From Balanoglossus misakiensis (Eukaryota; Animalia; Hemichordata): a DNA stretch of 64,000 nt. A program made the translations under genes and the position numbers. Under the pieces are notes generated by a model, which was given only the letters and a program-made list of their open reading frames with translations, did not search any database and was not told the DNA's origin. The DNA lies in assembly GCA_040954595.2 (NCBI GenBank), contig CM082593.2:11173477-11237476 (forward strand), in the 5' to 3' direction. Below are positions 24,426-37,420 of this stretch, one piece after another; position 1 is the stretch's first letter; the number at the start of each line of letters is the position of its first letter.

Positions 24426-27400
24426 TACTGGTAAGCCTAGAATTAGGTACATGCGAAAGTTTTTGACAAGATAGATAAGTTGTAAAATATGTACATGAAC
24501 CTGACAATTGACTTAAAATAACATAAGGCAGACTTGATACTTATCGGAGATAGATACTAATAACAACAGTGATGTTAATTACACCGGGAATGTTTGTCTT
24601 ATTATAGCTACATGTAAAAGACTGCTTGAGGTAATGTAATTAAAGTGACCACTTGCGATTCACCTTCAAAGTGCTATGCAAGTCTACGGTACATTGTTTT
24701 TCCAATGATTGGACAAAGGATATTCATAATGTGTAATTAAGGCTGGATAGCATTTTCAATGTAATAAGCCCTGCCTTCACTATAATCTTACGCCAAATCA
24801 ACATTGTTCAATTTATGTTAATAATTTCACTAAGGGATACTTGTTACATCAAATTTCCCAGCAAGGGGTGTCAGATTATTGGGCAAGTGGCATGCATGAC
24901 ACTAGACGATACTTTTGGAAGCAAAGCGGACAGAACACGGCTGGATATAGACTAGGTAATTCTGAATGTGACCATGAACTGTACCACAGACTCTGTATTG
25001 TATGTTTCTGAAGAATCCCATTTAACCCAGACATCAACATACTTCAACCTTGTAAGAAGTAGAACATACATGATTTACTAGTAAATATTTGCTAGCTTAT
25101 TACACACTTTGGATTACACAAAAATAGGTGTGTACACCGCTGTGACATTGCCAAGCAGATATGACCTACCAGGTAACCTAATACAATTTCACAGGAATCG
25201 GAGTATTTTCAGTGAAAACAACATTTCTTCAACAATGACAAAAACTGCCTCAACCACAAAAATTCAGATATCAACAAATCCAACAATATCTCACTTCAAT
25301 CACCACAAGGAACATGCCTACCAAAATTGAAAGCAATTTGACATGCGGTTTCAAAGAATACAAATTGCAAAAATTGCCTCAAGACCACAAATATGCAAAT
25401 TTCACCAAAATGATATACAACATTACTTGGGTTACCTCATGGAACAAGCAAACCAAAATTTAAATGCAACCTGACCTGACATGGAGTTTCAGAGAAAATG
25501 ATTTTTGACCAAAAATGACAAAATTATATTTCCCAAAAATTACAAATTTTGCCACAATTTAAACAATACTAACAAAGATTACCTATAGGAAATAGCATAC
25601 TAAATTCTAGATACAATTCACGATATTAGCTGAAAGTATATCAGGCGTGACATAAGCTACATGCATACAAATGTTCAAAGCAATCTGACCAGTTGTTGAG
25701 TTTCTGAGTTTTGATCAATTTCACATTGCTCCAGGTAATTAGCATATTTCATTTGAACAGGCGTGCCTGCATCTAAAAACCCAATATCAAGACTTACCAC
25801 ACAGACTCTGTATTGTATGTTTCTGGAGTAATCAAATAAAACCAATCATGAAAATACTTCAACCTTCTTAATATGAACAAAAGCCTATTTACAGGCTGGC
25901 CTACATCTACACACCAAATATCAAGGGGATACGCGAAGGGGTTTTCAAGTTTTTGATGTGGACAGACATACATACATCCATACATACTACATACACACAT
26001 ACAGAGGCAACTGACTGGTCAGAAGGCATGAGCAAAAATGCAGGAAATCAATGTTGTGACACTGGTAGTAGGCCTTAATGTATACAATATCAAGACAGTT
26101 TATTTAACATGAAGTTTGATATGTTCATAATCATTCAGAGCTAAGCATATTTTGAAATTGTAAAATTAATATCAATCACATGAAAACTGACAGCATGCTT
26201 TCATTTGGGAATTTAGGTATTGTAATTAACACTAACAGTCATGAAACTATTGAATCGTCAATAAAATCATACAGTAGAAATTAATGGGTTTTCTATTTAT
26301 ATGCGATGTGAAAATGCAACTTGTGGTCCTTCGGCCAGTAAGAGGCATCAGATAATATTGTAAGACCCAGTTGCCCAATTGATTAGACCTACATGTATGC
26401 GCTGTGTGAAGCGCAAGTTATGGCAACTGAATTCACAGGACACTGAAGAAAGTGGAATCACTCAAGGTACATATGTATACATGTAGGCTAACAATCACAA
26501 CACAGAGAATAGTTCTCCATATTCATTTTTAATACGATAAGATTCACTGAATTGGCGCATCCATGGGCAGGCAAGGTTAGTTCCAACTCAGTTTGCAAAT
26601 CAGGCCCATGTATCTTGTTCCCTGAGACTGTCTGCTTCTAATAATAGCTGTAAGAACATAATCGTTGACCGAATGGTTGGTTCAATTTTGCGACATTTTA
26701 TGATTTCAAGCTGTGCAATATTTGCAACTCAGTTTCAACTTTGGTTGGAGGGATGATGATGAAGCAATTTCACTGACAAAATAGCACTACTAACTGACGT
26801 CAATATTTGTTCAAAGTTAAATGCATTGCCATCAGAAAAATGTATACGAAAAGTTTCGTATGTGAATAATAACACTTTTTCGCATAACTGCAAACCCTGT
26901 CACAGTTGTGAAATTCTAAGAAAATTCATTCATTAGGTAGAATTCGTGCTTTATGAATTCTTAAACAAACTTAGTCATGAAACCTAAATGGTTACCTTAC
27001 ACATGTGGAGGCTCGACTTCTGTGATATGATAGTCTTTAATTAATGTGTATGTGATTCCATACAAATCCATATGATTACCTGAACATACAAAATAAATTA
27101 AAAATAAATACATAAATTAAAAATAAATAAGTATCTCATACATATGCATACGTGCTTGTGAGAAATATATCATATATCTAAATAAACCTGTCATTTATTG
27201 ACCTCATTTTCCCAGTAAACCAAAGGACTAAATTGCACTTTAATATTACAGCTTCATTTCAATGCAACAGGTACACTACATCATAAGGGAACAAATATGC
27301 CAGCTCAACATTTATATAAACAGTGTCAAAATATAAGTGGCTACAAAAGCTTGTGTCCCTTCAATCCATTCTCCCACTCAGGTCAAACGTGTTACATATT

Positions 27401-27917
27401 AAAATTGCAATGTGCATAATATACAATTAGTCTTTTGTAAATTCAGACTGAGAAAATATGACTGATAAACATTATCTGGCACATGTTGGTGAATGGCTGG
27501 CGTTGATGTTGTGGGTTGAAATCCGAACTATGATTATCGCGGGTACAAATCACATTTATTTTCTCAGAGACAACACGTTTGCAACTTCGGGACAGAAAGG
27601 TGAAAACGAACGTCATTAGTTCTTGGGAAAAAACTCTGAAATCAATTTCGGTGAGGTCAAATGTGTTCCAAAGGCAAACCGTTTCTGGTAAACAAATCAA
27701 TGGCAAATAGTTACTTCGGCGACTTACCAATCAATCAACATGGCTGCCAAATCGTTGGATATCCCGGTTTCATCTCGCGATCATTCTATCTTCCGATATG
27801 GCGTTGCTTGGTTAAATTCGTCTCTTCTTTGCCGACATAGTCGGGCGACAGCGGTCCAGAAGCATATACAGCGACGCCATCTTGTTTACAATGTGAAGTA
27901 TCAACTGCGCATGCTCA
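23560..27917 (-). ncRNA. Putative spliced lncRNA/micropeptide gene, left copy (exons ~27900-27728, 27079-~26996, 24037-~23560)
   Basis: NRF1-like TGCGCATGCTC (27907-27917), YY1-like CAAGATGGCG (27875-27884), donor ttg|gtaagt, polypyrimidine-cag acceptors and AATAAA at 23581-23586. All are conserved in the right copy; no long ORF. Confidence 0.5.
23760..23965 (-). ncRNA. Two tandem structured stem-loop motifs (23901-23965 and 23760-23818), left copy
   Basis: Reverse complement of 39932-40137 with about one mismatch, which falls in the linker between the motifs. Confidence 0.55.
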
Positions 27918-28992
27918 ATGGTTGTTGATTGGAAAGTGGGCAGAGCCTGCAAGATCCAGGGTTCGCTTGACCGGCCAAACGCGGTTATTCTCCCTGGACC
28001 AAATCATTTAAGCGTCAGGCGTAATACATCACATAATTGACTGGAAAACTAAACAGTCTTCCACCTATATATCAACACAGTTTATTAAACCAGCACCCGC
28101 GCAAATATTTACAAGTATATGATTAAAATTGATCAAATCATTAATCGCACGGTTACAGCTGTCATAGTTTCTAATAATATTATTCACTGGTAGCGCTGAC
28201 ATACCATGTTGAAACTTGTCGCGGAAAACAAGATAATTGATCTTACGGTGTCATTTGTTTTTAAAAAGTGCTTAATAACTATTGATCCCATTGATATATT
28301 TTTCCATATTTATATATTTTTCGCAAAGTTTGACTGCTTGGGCTACTAATAGCATGGTGATCACAATGGATTTACCACCTCCCAGCTGCGTTATAAAAGA
28401 ATGCCTATTCTGTGGACACTAGCCTCATCGAAGACCGAACGTGTTCATCGATGTTTCCATTCATGACGAACTCCAATGCAGGCGTCGCAGTCATTCTGGC
28501 TTTCACGCTGTGGGCACCTCTGGTGACAGCAATTCCCAACAAGTTGCGGGTAAGTAATCACACAACCTATATGAGTGAAAGTTTCTTGTCATTTTCGCAA
28601 CGTCAAGGTTGATATTCTCTTCTTGGATCCAAAATGTGTGACACAACAAATGAATCTGCGTGGCAGGGTCGGCTGTGTCTTTTGCTTCGAGGCATAGTCG
28701 TCAGACACACATCCCTAACACGCGAAGCCAGCTTATCCTTTGATCAAATGGCAGCGCTATTCTAAATATTTTACAGCATGCCCTAAAGGACAAACACGTG
28801 CCGCTGGAAGAGGCCAAAACTCAGCAGAGACGGCAAGATGTTAATGGAGGTGAGCCCCAACAATAAATTAATATTGTTCCTTTTATTTAGAAAACGCCGC
28901 ATAATTAGCCAACCAATCATGGTTATGAGAAACCTCCAAAATACAATGTATCGATATTTACTGCATCTGTTCATACTTCGCCCGCGCTTTAA

Positions 28993-29357
28993 AAACCCTA
29001 TAGCTGCTAAAATTGGCATATTTTTTTCCAGAGTAAAATACTTCATATGTATATTCCCTATTCCCTAAAATCTTCACCCGTGACCATTAAGCCATATTAC
29101 TTGCATTTGCATTGGTTTGTCATCACTTGGCGTCGCATTTCACGATAGCTGCTTAGCTGCTATTGTTTGTATGAAGGCTGATTAAATCGGTGAGGCACCG
29201 TTTTAATACATATCATGTTCCAATTGCAACATGCAGTCACAATCGGGCATCGATAAGATGTTTATGTATACCTATCAGTAAGCTTATTTTGATGAACCAA
29301 TTTAAGTTGGAAAATAAAATCATGAAAATAATGCAAAAAGTGGCAGCTTTGGAGGCT
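28993..29357. mobile_element. Degenerate TTAA-flanked MITE (Kolobok-like)
   Basis: ttaa-aaaccctatagctgc ... gcagctttggaggct-ttaa. The internal part resembles 22670-22720 and 41100-41225. Confidence 0.4.
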
Positions 29358-30429
29358 TTAAACTACAGTTCTCCCAAATTGTCTTGACTAAATGACATAC
29401 ATGTGGTCAAAAGTTCTGACTGCAGAAGAGGTTGCAGCTGTGGCGGGGGACTGTTCAATTGGAGGAAATATATTTACATGGAATACAGACAATATTGAAA
29501 TGGCAGCAGAAATAGTTCCTACTGAAAAGAATGCTATCTGCAGTGAGTATCACAACTTTAAAATGAAAGATTTTGCAAATTAAAAAAAAATATTGAGTGT
29601 TTTGACATGCGTCAGTGGTCAGTAACACACAAGCTGCATGATAAGAGGGTCACGAGAAATTGTAAGCCGCAATGTATAATGGATTAACTCCATGACCTAT
29701 GCGACCTACGAACTGTGACGTACAGAATTTATTTCTACGTGTAATGCGGTCTGCGGCAGTGCGCCACAGACCGCATTGCGAGAGCAGTGAGAATTCACCA
29801 CAATGCAAACTTTCTGAACGTAGGTTGATCTTCGAATGAAATATTACCTTGTCACCAGTTTTCCACATGGCTACACTGTAAAATTGGGTGACGTGTTCGT
29901 TCACAAGTGGAATAATTGTGAGTAGTAAAGCACGCGAAGTTAAGCAACGAGCACGTTTTGAAATGCGCGCAGATGATCCCAGTTTAGCAAATTCAGGCCA
30001 TTGCGTGCATGCAAAAAAAATAATACTGTACCGGGGGTGAGCCTACTTTCTTTCCATACAGATACACGTATATGTTGGTTAAGGTATGTGACAAACAGTT
30101 TTCATGTAACAGCCAGTGATGCTGACCATAAAACCAGCGCAGCTGATGCTTTCATCTACAATTTGCAACATGGACGTTTGTGTCTCTGCATGTGTCGTGC
30201 ATGTTACTGCTGAACAAAAAAGATATGCGGGCACCACAGGCTGGCGAAAGCGGTGCTCACGTGCTCTGCAAGCTGATGTTGTCACTAAATTGGCAAAGTA
30301 TTGTACACATGGAGGAGTTTCTTGAGCTGTCTGCTGTATAAATGTCGGTTGTGAGTACATTATTTTTTATTTTATTTTAATAATTTTCAAAGCCCCTATG
30401 ATTGAAGCATATTATTACGACTCATCCGT

Positions 30430-30502
30430 TCATCATTCATTCATTCATTCATTCATTCATTCATTCATTCATTCATTCATTCATTCATTCATTCAGTCAG
30501 TC
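30430..30502. repeat. (TCAT)n microsatellite
   Basis: Directly visible. Confidence 0.95.
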
Positions 30503-32989
30503 ACTGTACCAATTGAAGACGCCCTTGTATAGGAGAATTTAGCTATGTACTGACTGTCTTTTCATTTTTTCTTCATCCTATAGAATCTACCGACCTGGTC
30601 GCTGTCAATAACAATTCAACTCCTTAAACATCCTGTGTGTGTGAAGTCTATGAACACTGGCCATGCATTTCAATTCAAGGACAAAATGAATGCGCAATAT
30701 TTCGTTTTATCGAGAGTAATGTGCAGTGATTAAATTTGCTAGGGCTCTCTTAGCAGATTTGGAGTTAGTCATTTTGGTAGAAACTTTTCGAGATGGGAAA
30801 TCTTTGGTCATCTAACCAAGTTATTTGTATTTTTGTTATATAAGACAGAGTCATTTCTATATCATAGATGCAAGTTTAATTTATAACATGAATTTGAATA
30901 AAATATTTTTTTTTAAATATCACCACATGAATTTGAATAAAATATTTTTTTTTAAATATCACCAGATTGAAATCTTTGGAACTTTGCACTTAGAGGGATG
31001 GCATGGCAGTTTTCCACTGTTCATATTACAAAGAATTTGGCGTCACGTGTAGATTTCATGAGTGTTCGAGTTTTGCTCTTCCCAGCCTCGTACCCACAAT
31101 CCTCTGATACTTACACTTACGTCAGTTCTATAGCCGCTGACCCACTAGATTCTCCTTATGAATTGCCCAAATTATTTTTTGGTATAGTTTTGATAGTTAG
31201 TGCACGGAAACTTTTGATCGATTCACGAAATTCAAAATATGTTACATCACAAACCTCATAAAATGGAGGCTAGAGTAGCCTGTTTGTTTTCAGGTAATTT
31301 TACGATTACCTCAATTACCTTTTTTCGAGGGAGGGGGTTAAGAAAACATACAGATTGAAATAACAAGGAAGTGGTATATCAAACCGAAACCTTATCTCAA
31401 TCGTGATTCTAGAGTGTTTCCATGTCATGTGACATCCACAAAAATGTGGTATTATCTTGAAAAGAGTCCCGATTTCCCAAACTGGTTTTGCGAATGTACT
31501 TCACTTTGGAGCAATGCATGAGTACATTCGTAGAAAGATATTGCTCCACTATTTACTGACACTCCTCTTGTACTGCAAATATTACTGCATTCTGTCAGGG
31601 CAAGACAAAAGACACAGCAGAACTGCCAGAATTAAAATAGACAACTGGCAATTTCAATAAACATGTAATAACAAATATATGTAACATTGAATGAGGTGTC
31701 CATACAGCTTGGTCATTTAAAGACCTCCAGTCATTGTGACAATGCATAAATATTTATGTACACCATGTTAAAAATTAGTTCAGGCATACCTTATACATGT
31801 ATGTTTTTGACTGACCATATCCTCAGCACGCCCTTTTTTTCAAAAAGACTATCATTATTCTCTGCCAGGCAGAGAGTTGCCGCTTTCTTGTTAACAATAA
31901 TATACTATTATAACATTGCATAGATTCCTGTTTGTTTCTGTCCATATCTCACAAACTGTGGTGTGCATACTGTTGAAATGACCTCAAGAAGAAAATGCCA
32001 AATGGAAAAATATTTGACATACTAACCTGTATGATAATGTTATACGGTACAATATATTTAACGGTTCCAATCCAATGTTGAGAACTAACAAAACAATTTG
32101 AGCAGAATTCATTTAAAATTAATTGCAGTTCCGTTTCACCGCATTTCATAGGATGCTGGCTAAAATTCATACTATGGTGGATTACCTGTTATGCATTTCT
32201 TTCCCTATTTCGTCTGGCAGATTTGAGTTTGACAAGCTGTCATTTTCCTTTCAGCTCCGCAAAATTGATGGATTTACTTTGACAGCACACAGACTGTCCA
32301 TTTGTCATCGGAGATACAAGCAGCATCAGGTGCTGAACAGCTTGCAGCAGTGTTGGAAAAGAGTACACAACACTAACTTGCAAGAGTGCTTTGGCCCTTT
32401 CTTCACACTGTCCGAAACTTGTTGTGTTACATCATTGCTTAATGAATAAGAAATACACAGGTATTTAGCGTTCTATTCAATACCTACAATAGATAAAAGG
32501 GTGTCGGTCTGTATGCGACAATCTTCAATGTTCTTATGAGCACAAGGCTTTATTCAGGGAACGTTTTACAGTAAGAATTGTATGATATAAACTGAATAAG
32601 TTTGTTGTCTGTCAACTCTTCTGTCTTTGTCTTACCGATACGGTTCTAACCGCGAACACTGAGGCTTCTCTGCTCGTACACAGTATAAATCAATGGATGA
32701 TAAAATGCGCCCTCTTTTGGTGAACTCTTCCTACCGCCCGACCTTCTACCTTACATTAAGGCATGTAGGGCGGTCAGGTAGATGGCAGTGTATTGCAAGC
32801 GTCTCTTGCATATTTTTTTCCGCCAGGAATGGCATACATTCGTTTTTGGCGACACCACAACTGCTGGAACTTCTCGAAAAATTGAGAGCCGGATTTCATA
32901 AATGCTCATGTTTTCCGAAGGGCTGAAAGAAGATCCAGAGTGGAATATTTAAATTTGCCTGTGGCAGACATCATAGTGGCTGCCAGTTA

Positions 32990-33155
32990 TTCTATTTCTT
33001 GTGCAAGAGATAGTATCTTGTTCCAGCGAGATGTTTTCTCGTGTGCACGAGAAACATGCTATCTCGTGCATATCTCGTGCGCACGAGAAAATTGCGAGCG
33101 CACTCGTGTTCACGAGAAAATATCACATGCACACGTAAGTCGTGCGCACGAGATA
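32990..33155. repeat. Cluster of short palindromic TCTCGTGCGCACGAGA-type motifs (probable transposon subterminal repeats)
   Basis: About 6-7 degenerate copies, e.g. atctcgtgcgcacgaga, ctcgtgttcacgag, tcgtgcgcacgagat. Confidence 0.75.
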
Positions 33156-34856
33156 AAAAAATGTGCCCTGTAGTCTTTCTTAGGACATGGTAGCGTGACG
33201 TCGCATTGTAATTAACGGACGATCTTGGAAATTCGGCTATTAATGGTGAATGGACTTTCGCCTCCTTCGAACAACAACAGAGACTGACGTCGCAACAATG
33301 ACAGAAAAAGTGAAGCAAATGGCCGACAAAACGAAGAGAATCGGAAAACGGGCAGGATCCTCGGCACAGACATCTGGGAATAATACCACCGCATCAAATA
33401 GAACGACGAGTAGTGCAGGACAAACCGCCACCAGTGACTATGACAACAAGTCTGAAGGCGATGCTGGCGAACCCTTGCACAATACAACTACAGTCCTACA
33501 GAGAAATGCAGCCCAGCGCCACTCAAGATTTTCCATTCCTGGTCTGGCAGCAGCCAAAATATGTTGTTGTTTTTTCTCTTAGAAGCGACCTCAGTCTGAG
33601 CTGCATGAAAATAAACTGTAGGTTGGGAATACAACAAAAAAACACGCAGTCGCTGCGGTCAACACGTAGCTATTAGTTTCGGTTTTATGTTCGCTACAGC
33701 TCGGAAACCAAAATGTGGTACAACTTCAAGCTACATAAACTGGAAAGCATAGTACGTGCAGAGCAGACCATGGTGACGAAAGCAGGTATTCTAGGTCGTA
33801 AGATAAAAACACGGCGCTAGAAAAACAGTCATCAAAAGTTGCACGTGTTCCCCGGCCACAAATAATGTAATTGTTGGCGCACAGAAAGTCCAGTCGATAA
33901 ACGTTTACGCTATAGAAACTCACTCTCTCAGCAAAAGTCTGACACCCTCGTCAATGACAAAACGCAAACCGAGCTGGGTATGATCAAGTCAAACATAGGG
34001 CCAATCCCCACTCTGTGTTTTATTATTTTCCACATACGATGGTTCTAAATAAAAATGTACCTATTTGAAATGCTTACCGAGGTAAGATCATTGAAAGTTT
34101 TCAAACGTTGATGACAAATGTATAACTGATTTTTTACAAATGAATAATCGCGCACTTGCATATTATTTTCTCTATACCAGACACCGCGCGCGCGCCGTTG
34201 GCAAAAAAAAAACGCGGAAAATTATTGAGCATGCGCAGTCGATACTTCACATTGTAAACAAGATGGCGTCGCTGCCTATGCTTCTGGACCGCTGTCGCCT
34301 GACTATGTCGGCAAAGAAGAGACGAATTTAACCATGCAACGCCATATCGGAAGACAGAATGATCGCGAGATGAAACCGGGCTATCCAACGATTAGGCAGC
34401 CATGTTGACTGATTGGTATGTCGCCGAAGTAATTATTTGCCATTGATTTGTTTACCAGAAACGGTTTGCCTTTGGAACACATTTGGCCTCACCGAAATTG
34501 ATTTCAGAGGTTTTTTCCCAAAAACTAATGACGTTCGTTTTCACCTGAGTGCGAGGATGGATTGAAGGGACACAAGCTTTTGTAGCCACCAATATTTTGA
34601 CACTCTTTATATCAATGTTGAGCTGGCATATTTGCTCCAATATGATGTAGTGTACCTGTTGCATTGAAATGAAGCTGTAATAATATTACAGTGCAATCTA
34701 GTCCTTTGGGTTAATAGGAAAACGAGGTCAATAAATGACAGGTTTATTTAAATACAGGATATATTTATCACAAGCACTTATGCATATGTATGAGATACTT
34801 ATTTATTTTTAATTTATTTTTTATTTTTTATTTATTTTGTACGTTCAGGTAATCAT

Positions 34857-34931
34857 ATGGATTTGTATGGAATCACATACACATTAATTGAAGACTATCA
34901 TATCACAGAAGTCGAGCCGCCAGATGTGTAA
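34857..34931 (+). CDS. 24-aa smORF MDLYGITYTLIEDYHITEVEPPDV (left copy 26997-27071, minus strand: ...IKDY...PPHV)
   Basis: ATG-to-TAA frame intact in both copies within a strongly conserved exon-like block. Translation unproven. Confidence 0.3.
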   Translation: MDLYGITYTLIEDYHITEVEPPDV

Positions 34932-37420
34932 GGTAACCATTTAGGTTTCATGACTAAGTTTGTTTAAGAATTCATAAAGCTACCCAATGAATGAATTTCC
35001 TTAAAATTTCACAAATGTGACACAGTTTGCAGTTGTGCAAGAAAGTGTGTATTATTCACATAAGAATTTTTTCGTATGCATTTTTCTGATGGCAATGCAT
35101 TTGACTGTAAACAAATATGGATGTCAGTTAGTAGTGCTATTTTGTCAGTGAAATGGCTTCATCATCATCCCTCCAACCAAAGTTGAAACAGAGTTGCAAA
35201 TATTGCACAGCTTGAAATCATAAAATGTTGCAAAATTGAACCAACCCTTTGGTCAACGATTATGTTCTTACAGCTATTATTAGAACCAGACAGTCTCAGG
35301 GAACAAGAGACATGGGCCTGATTTGCAAGTTGAGTTAGAACTGCCTTTGCCTGCCCACGGACGCCCCAATTTCAGCAAAAATTATTGCATTAAAATATGA
35401 GTATGGAGAACTATGCTCTGTGTTTCTTTTGTTAGCTTACATAGCTGTTGTCATTCTAGTTTTTCCTCCGTCCTGTGAGCAGAGTTTCAGTTGCGAAAAC
35501 CGACAGTTCTCAAAGTACAAAAGTACACCTAAATTGCCTCGGTGATGAGCATGCAGAATTTATCTGATGCTTCTTACTGGCAGAAGGACCCCACCAGTTG
35601 CAGATTGTGAATTCCATGGCACAAGGGAATTTACGCTTTGCGTTCAAATATAAACAATTAAATCCTGTAAAATTATTCTATATGTTATTTATTGATGATT
35701 CAAAAGTGTTATGACTGATTGTGTTAGAGTACCTGTATTCCATATAAGCATGCTGTCAGTGCACATCCGATTGATAACAATTTCACATTTTTAAAAATTT
35801 GCTTCTCTGAATAATTATGAATACATAAAACTTCATATGATATAAATTGTCCTGATATCGTAAACATTAAACCCCGATGAGTGGTATAAAAGACCCCCCA
35901 AATCAGTGGCGAATCTTAATGCCGTTTGACTGACAACAGACAACACCAACGATCTTGGCTCTAACGATCTTGGCTCTATGAAAATCGGCCCAAACAGATC
36001 CAAGCATAAAGAATTACACCACACAACGACAGTGGTTGGCTTTATAAACACACACAACATAAAGTTATCGATGAAAAAGTACACGAGCTTTTGAAACAAC
36101 GATGATTTTGGGAGAAATCTGGTTTCAGTGCTTTTCAGAAGCATCCCTGGGAAACAATAACCACGCCATTCAAACAGCTGTCAATCGCATAGAGGTGTAA
36201 AGTGTTCAATTATTTTCTATGTACATGAGATCAATTACACAGTTATTATGCACGGCGACCACTCCCAAATAAACAACTGTACAAACACACGTTAATCCGA
36301 ACCCCAGTACTTTCCGCACCGGGGTTTAAGGCCTAATGCTAGTGTCACAACATTGATTACCAGACCGTTTCCCTATGTATGTATGTATGTATGTATGTAT
36401 GTATGTATGCAGCCATGTATGCATGTGTTTGTGTGTGTGTGTACATGTGTGTATGCATGTTACATGTATATATGGATGTATGTCTGCCCTGATCCAAAAC
36501 ATGAAACCAAGCTTTTTTTATTTTGGTGTGTAGATGGGATTTTGCTTAAATGAAGTTGTCATTGCAAAAATACGCAAATAACCTGTGAAATATGTGGAAT
36601 TGATCAAAACTCAACAACTGGTTAGACTGCTTTGAACATTTGTATGCATGTAGGTAATGTCATCATACCTGATATACTTTGAGTTTATATCGTGAATTGT
36701 CTATTTTTTATGCAATTATTTTGTCTTGTTTTACCATTTGAAAAAAAATCTTTTCCTCTTAAAGAGATTGGCTGATTTCTTTAGAATTTAGTATGACACT
36801 TCCGGTAGGTGATCTTAGTTGGTTTTGTTTAAATTGTCGCAGAATTTGTAATCTGTCATTTTTGGTCAAAATTCATTTTCTGAGAAACTCCTTAGATTGC
36901 TTTTAAATTTTGGTATGCTTGTTCCAAGAGGTAACCCAAGTAATGTTGTATATCATTTTGGTGAAATTTACATATTGTGGTCTTGGGGCAATTTTTGCAA
37001 TTTGTATTCTTTGAAACTACTAGTCAGATTGCTTTCAACTTTGGGAGGCGTGGTGATTGAAGTAGATATTATACAATTTGTTGATAGTTGGATAGATGTG
37101 GTTTGAGGCAGTTTTTGTCATTGTTGAATGTTGTTTTCCCTAAAATACTTGTCTGGTTCCTTTGAAATGTTCTTACAGTAGGTCATATCTGCTTGCCAAT
37201 GTCACATGATTTTTCCCATGAACACAGACATACCTAATTTTGTGTAATCCCCAGATGGGACCACAGTGTGTAATAACCTGACCAACAGTGACTAGTATAT
37301 CCTGTGTGTTATACAGTACTTCTCACAAGGTTGAAGTACATGTAGACTGTTGATGATTTTTTTGCGATTCTTCAGAAACTTACAATACAGAGTCTAATGT
37401 GGTAACGTCCATGGTCACAT

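Larger units (their letters stand above)
16745..27920 (-). repeat. Left arm of a large inverted segmental duplication
   Basis: Colinear reverse-complement blocks with 34225-44385: 27600-27920/34225-34545, 26990-27370/34555-34935, 24420-24975/38920-39480, 23550-24140/39760-40350, 16750-17400/43790-44384. Confidence 0.92.
28391..30627 (+). pseudogene. Partial pentraxin-like secreted protein gene (signal-peptide exon, pentraxin C-terminal exon, short last exon)
   Basis: TATAAAA at ~28392. MFPFMTNSNAGVAVILAFTLWAPLVTAIPNKLR|gtaagt (28451-28549). MWSKVLTAEEVAAVAGDCSIGGNIFTW..C|gtgagt (to 29542) matches a pentraxin C-terminus. ag|..STDLVAVNNNSTP* at 30584-30627. Central pentraxin exons not found. 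Confidence 0.65.

Noticed and set aside
32123-32460. 108-aa ORF or exon-like block in the spacer
   Set aside because: No recognisable domain on either strand and no consistent partner exons.
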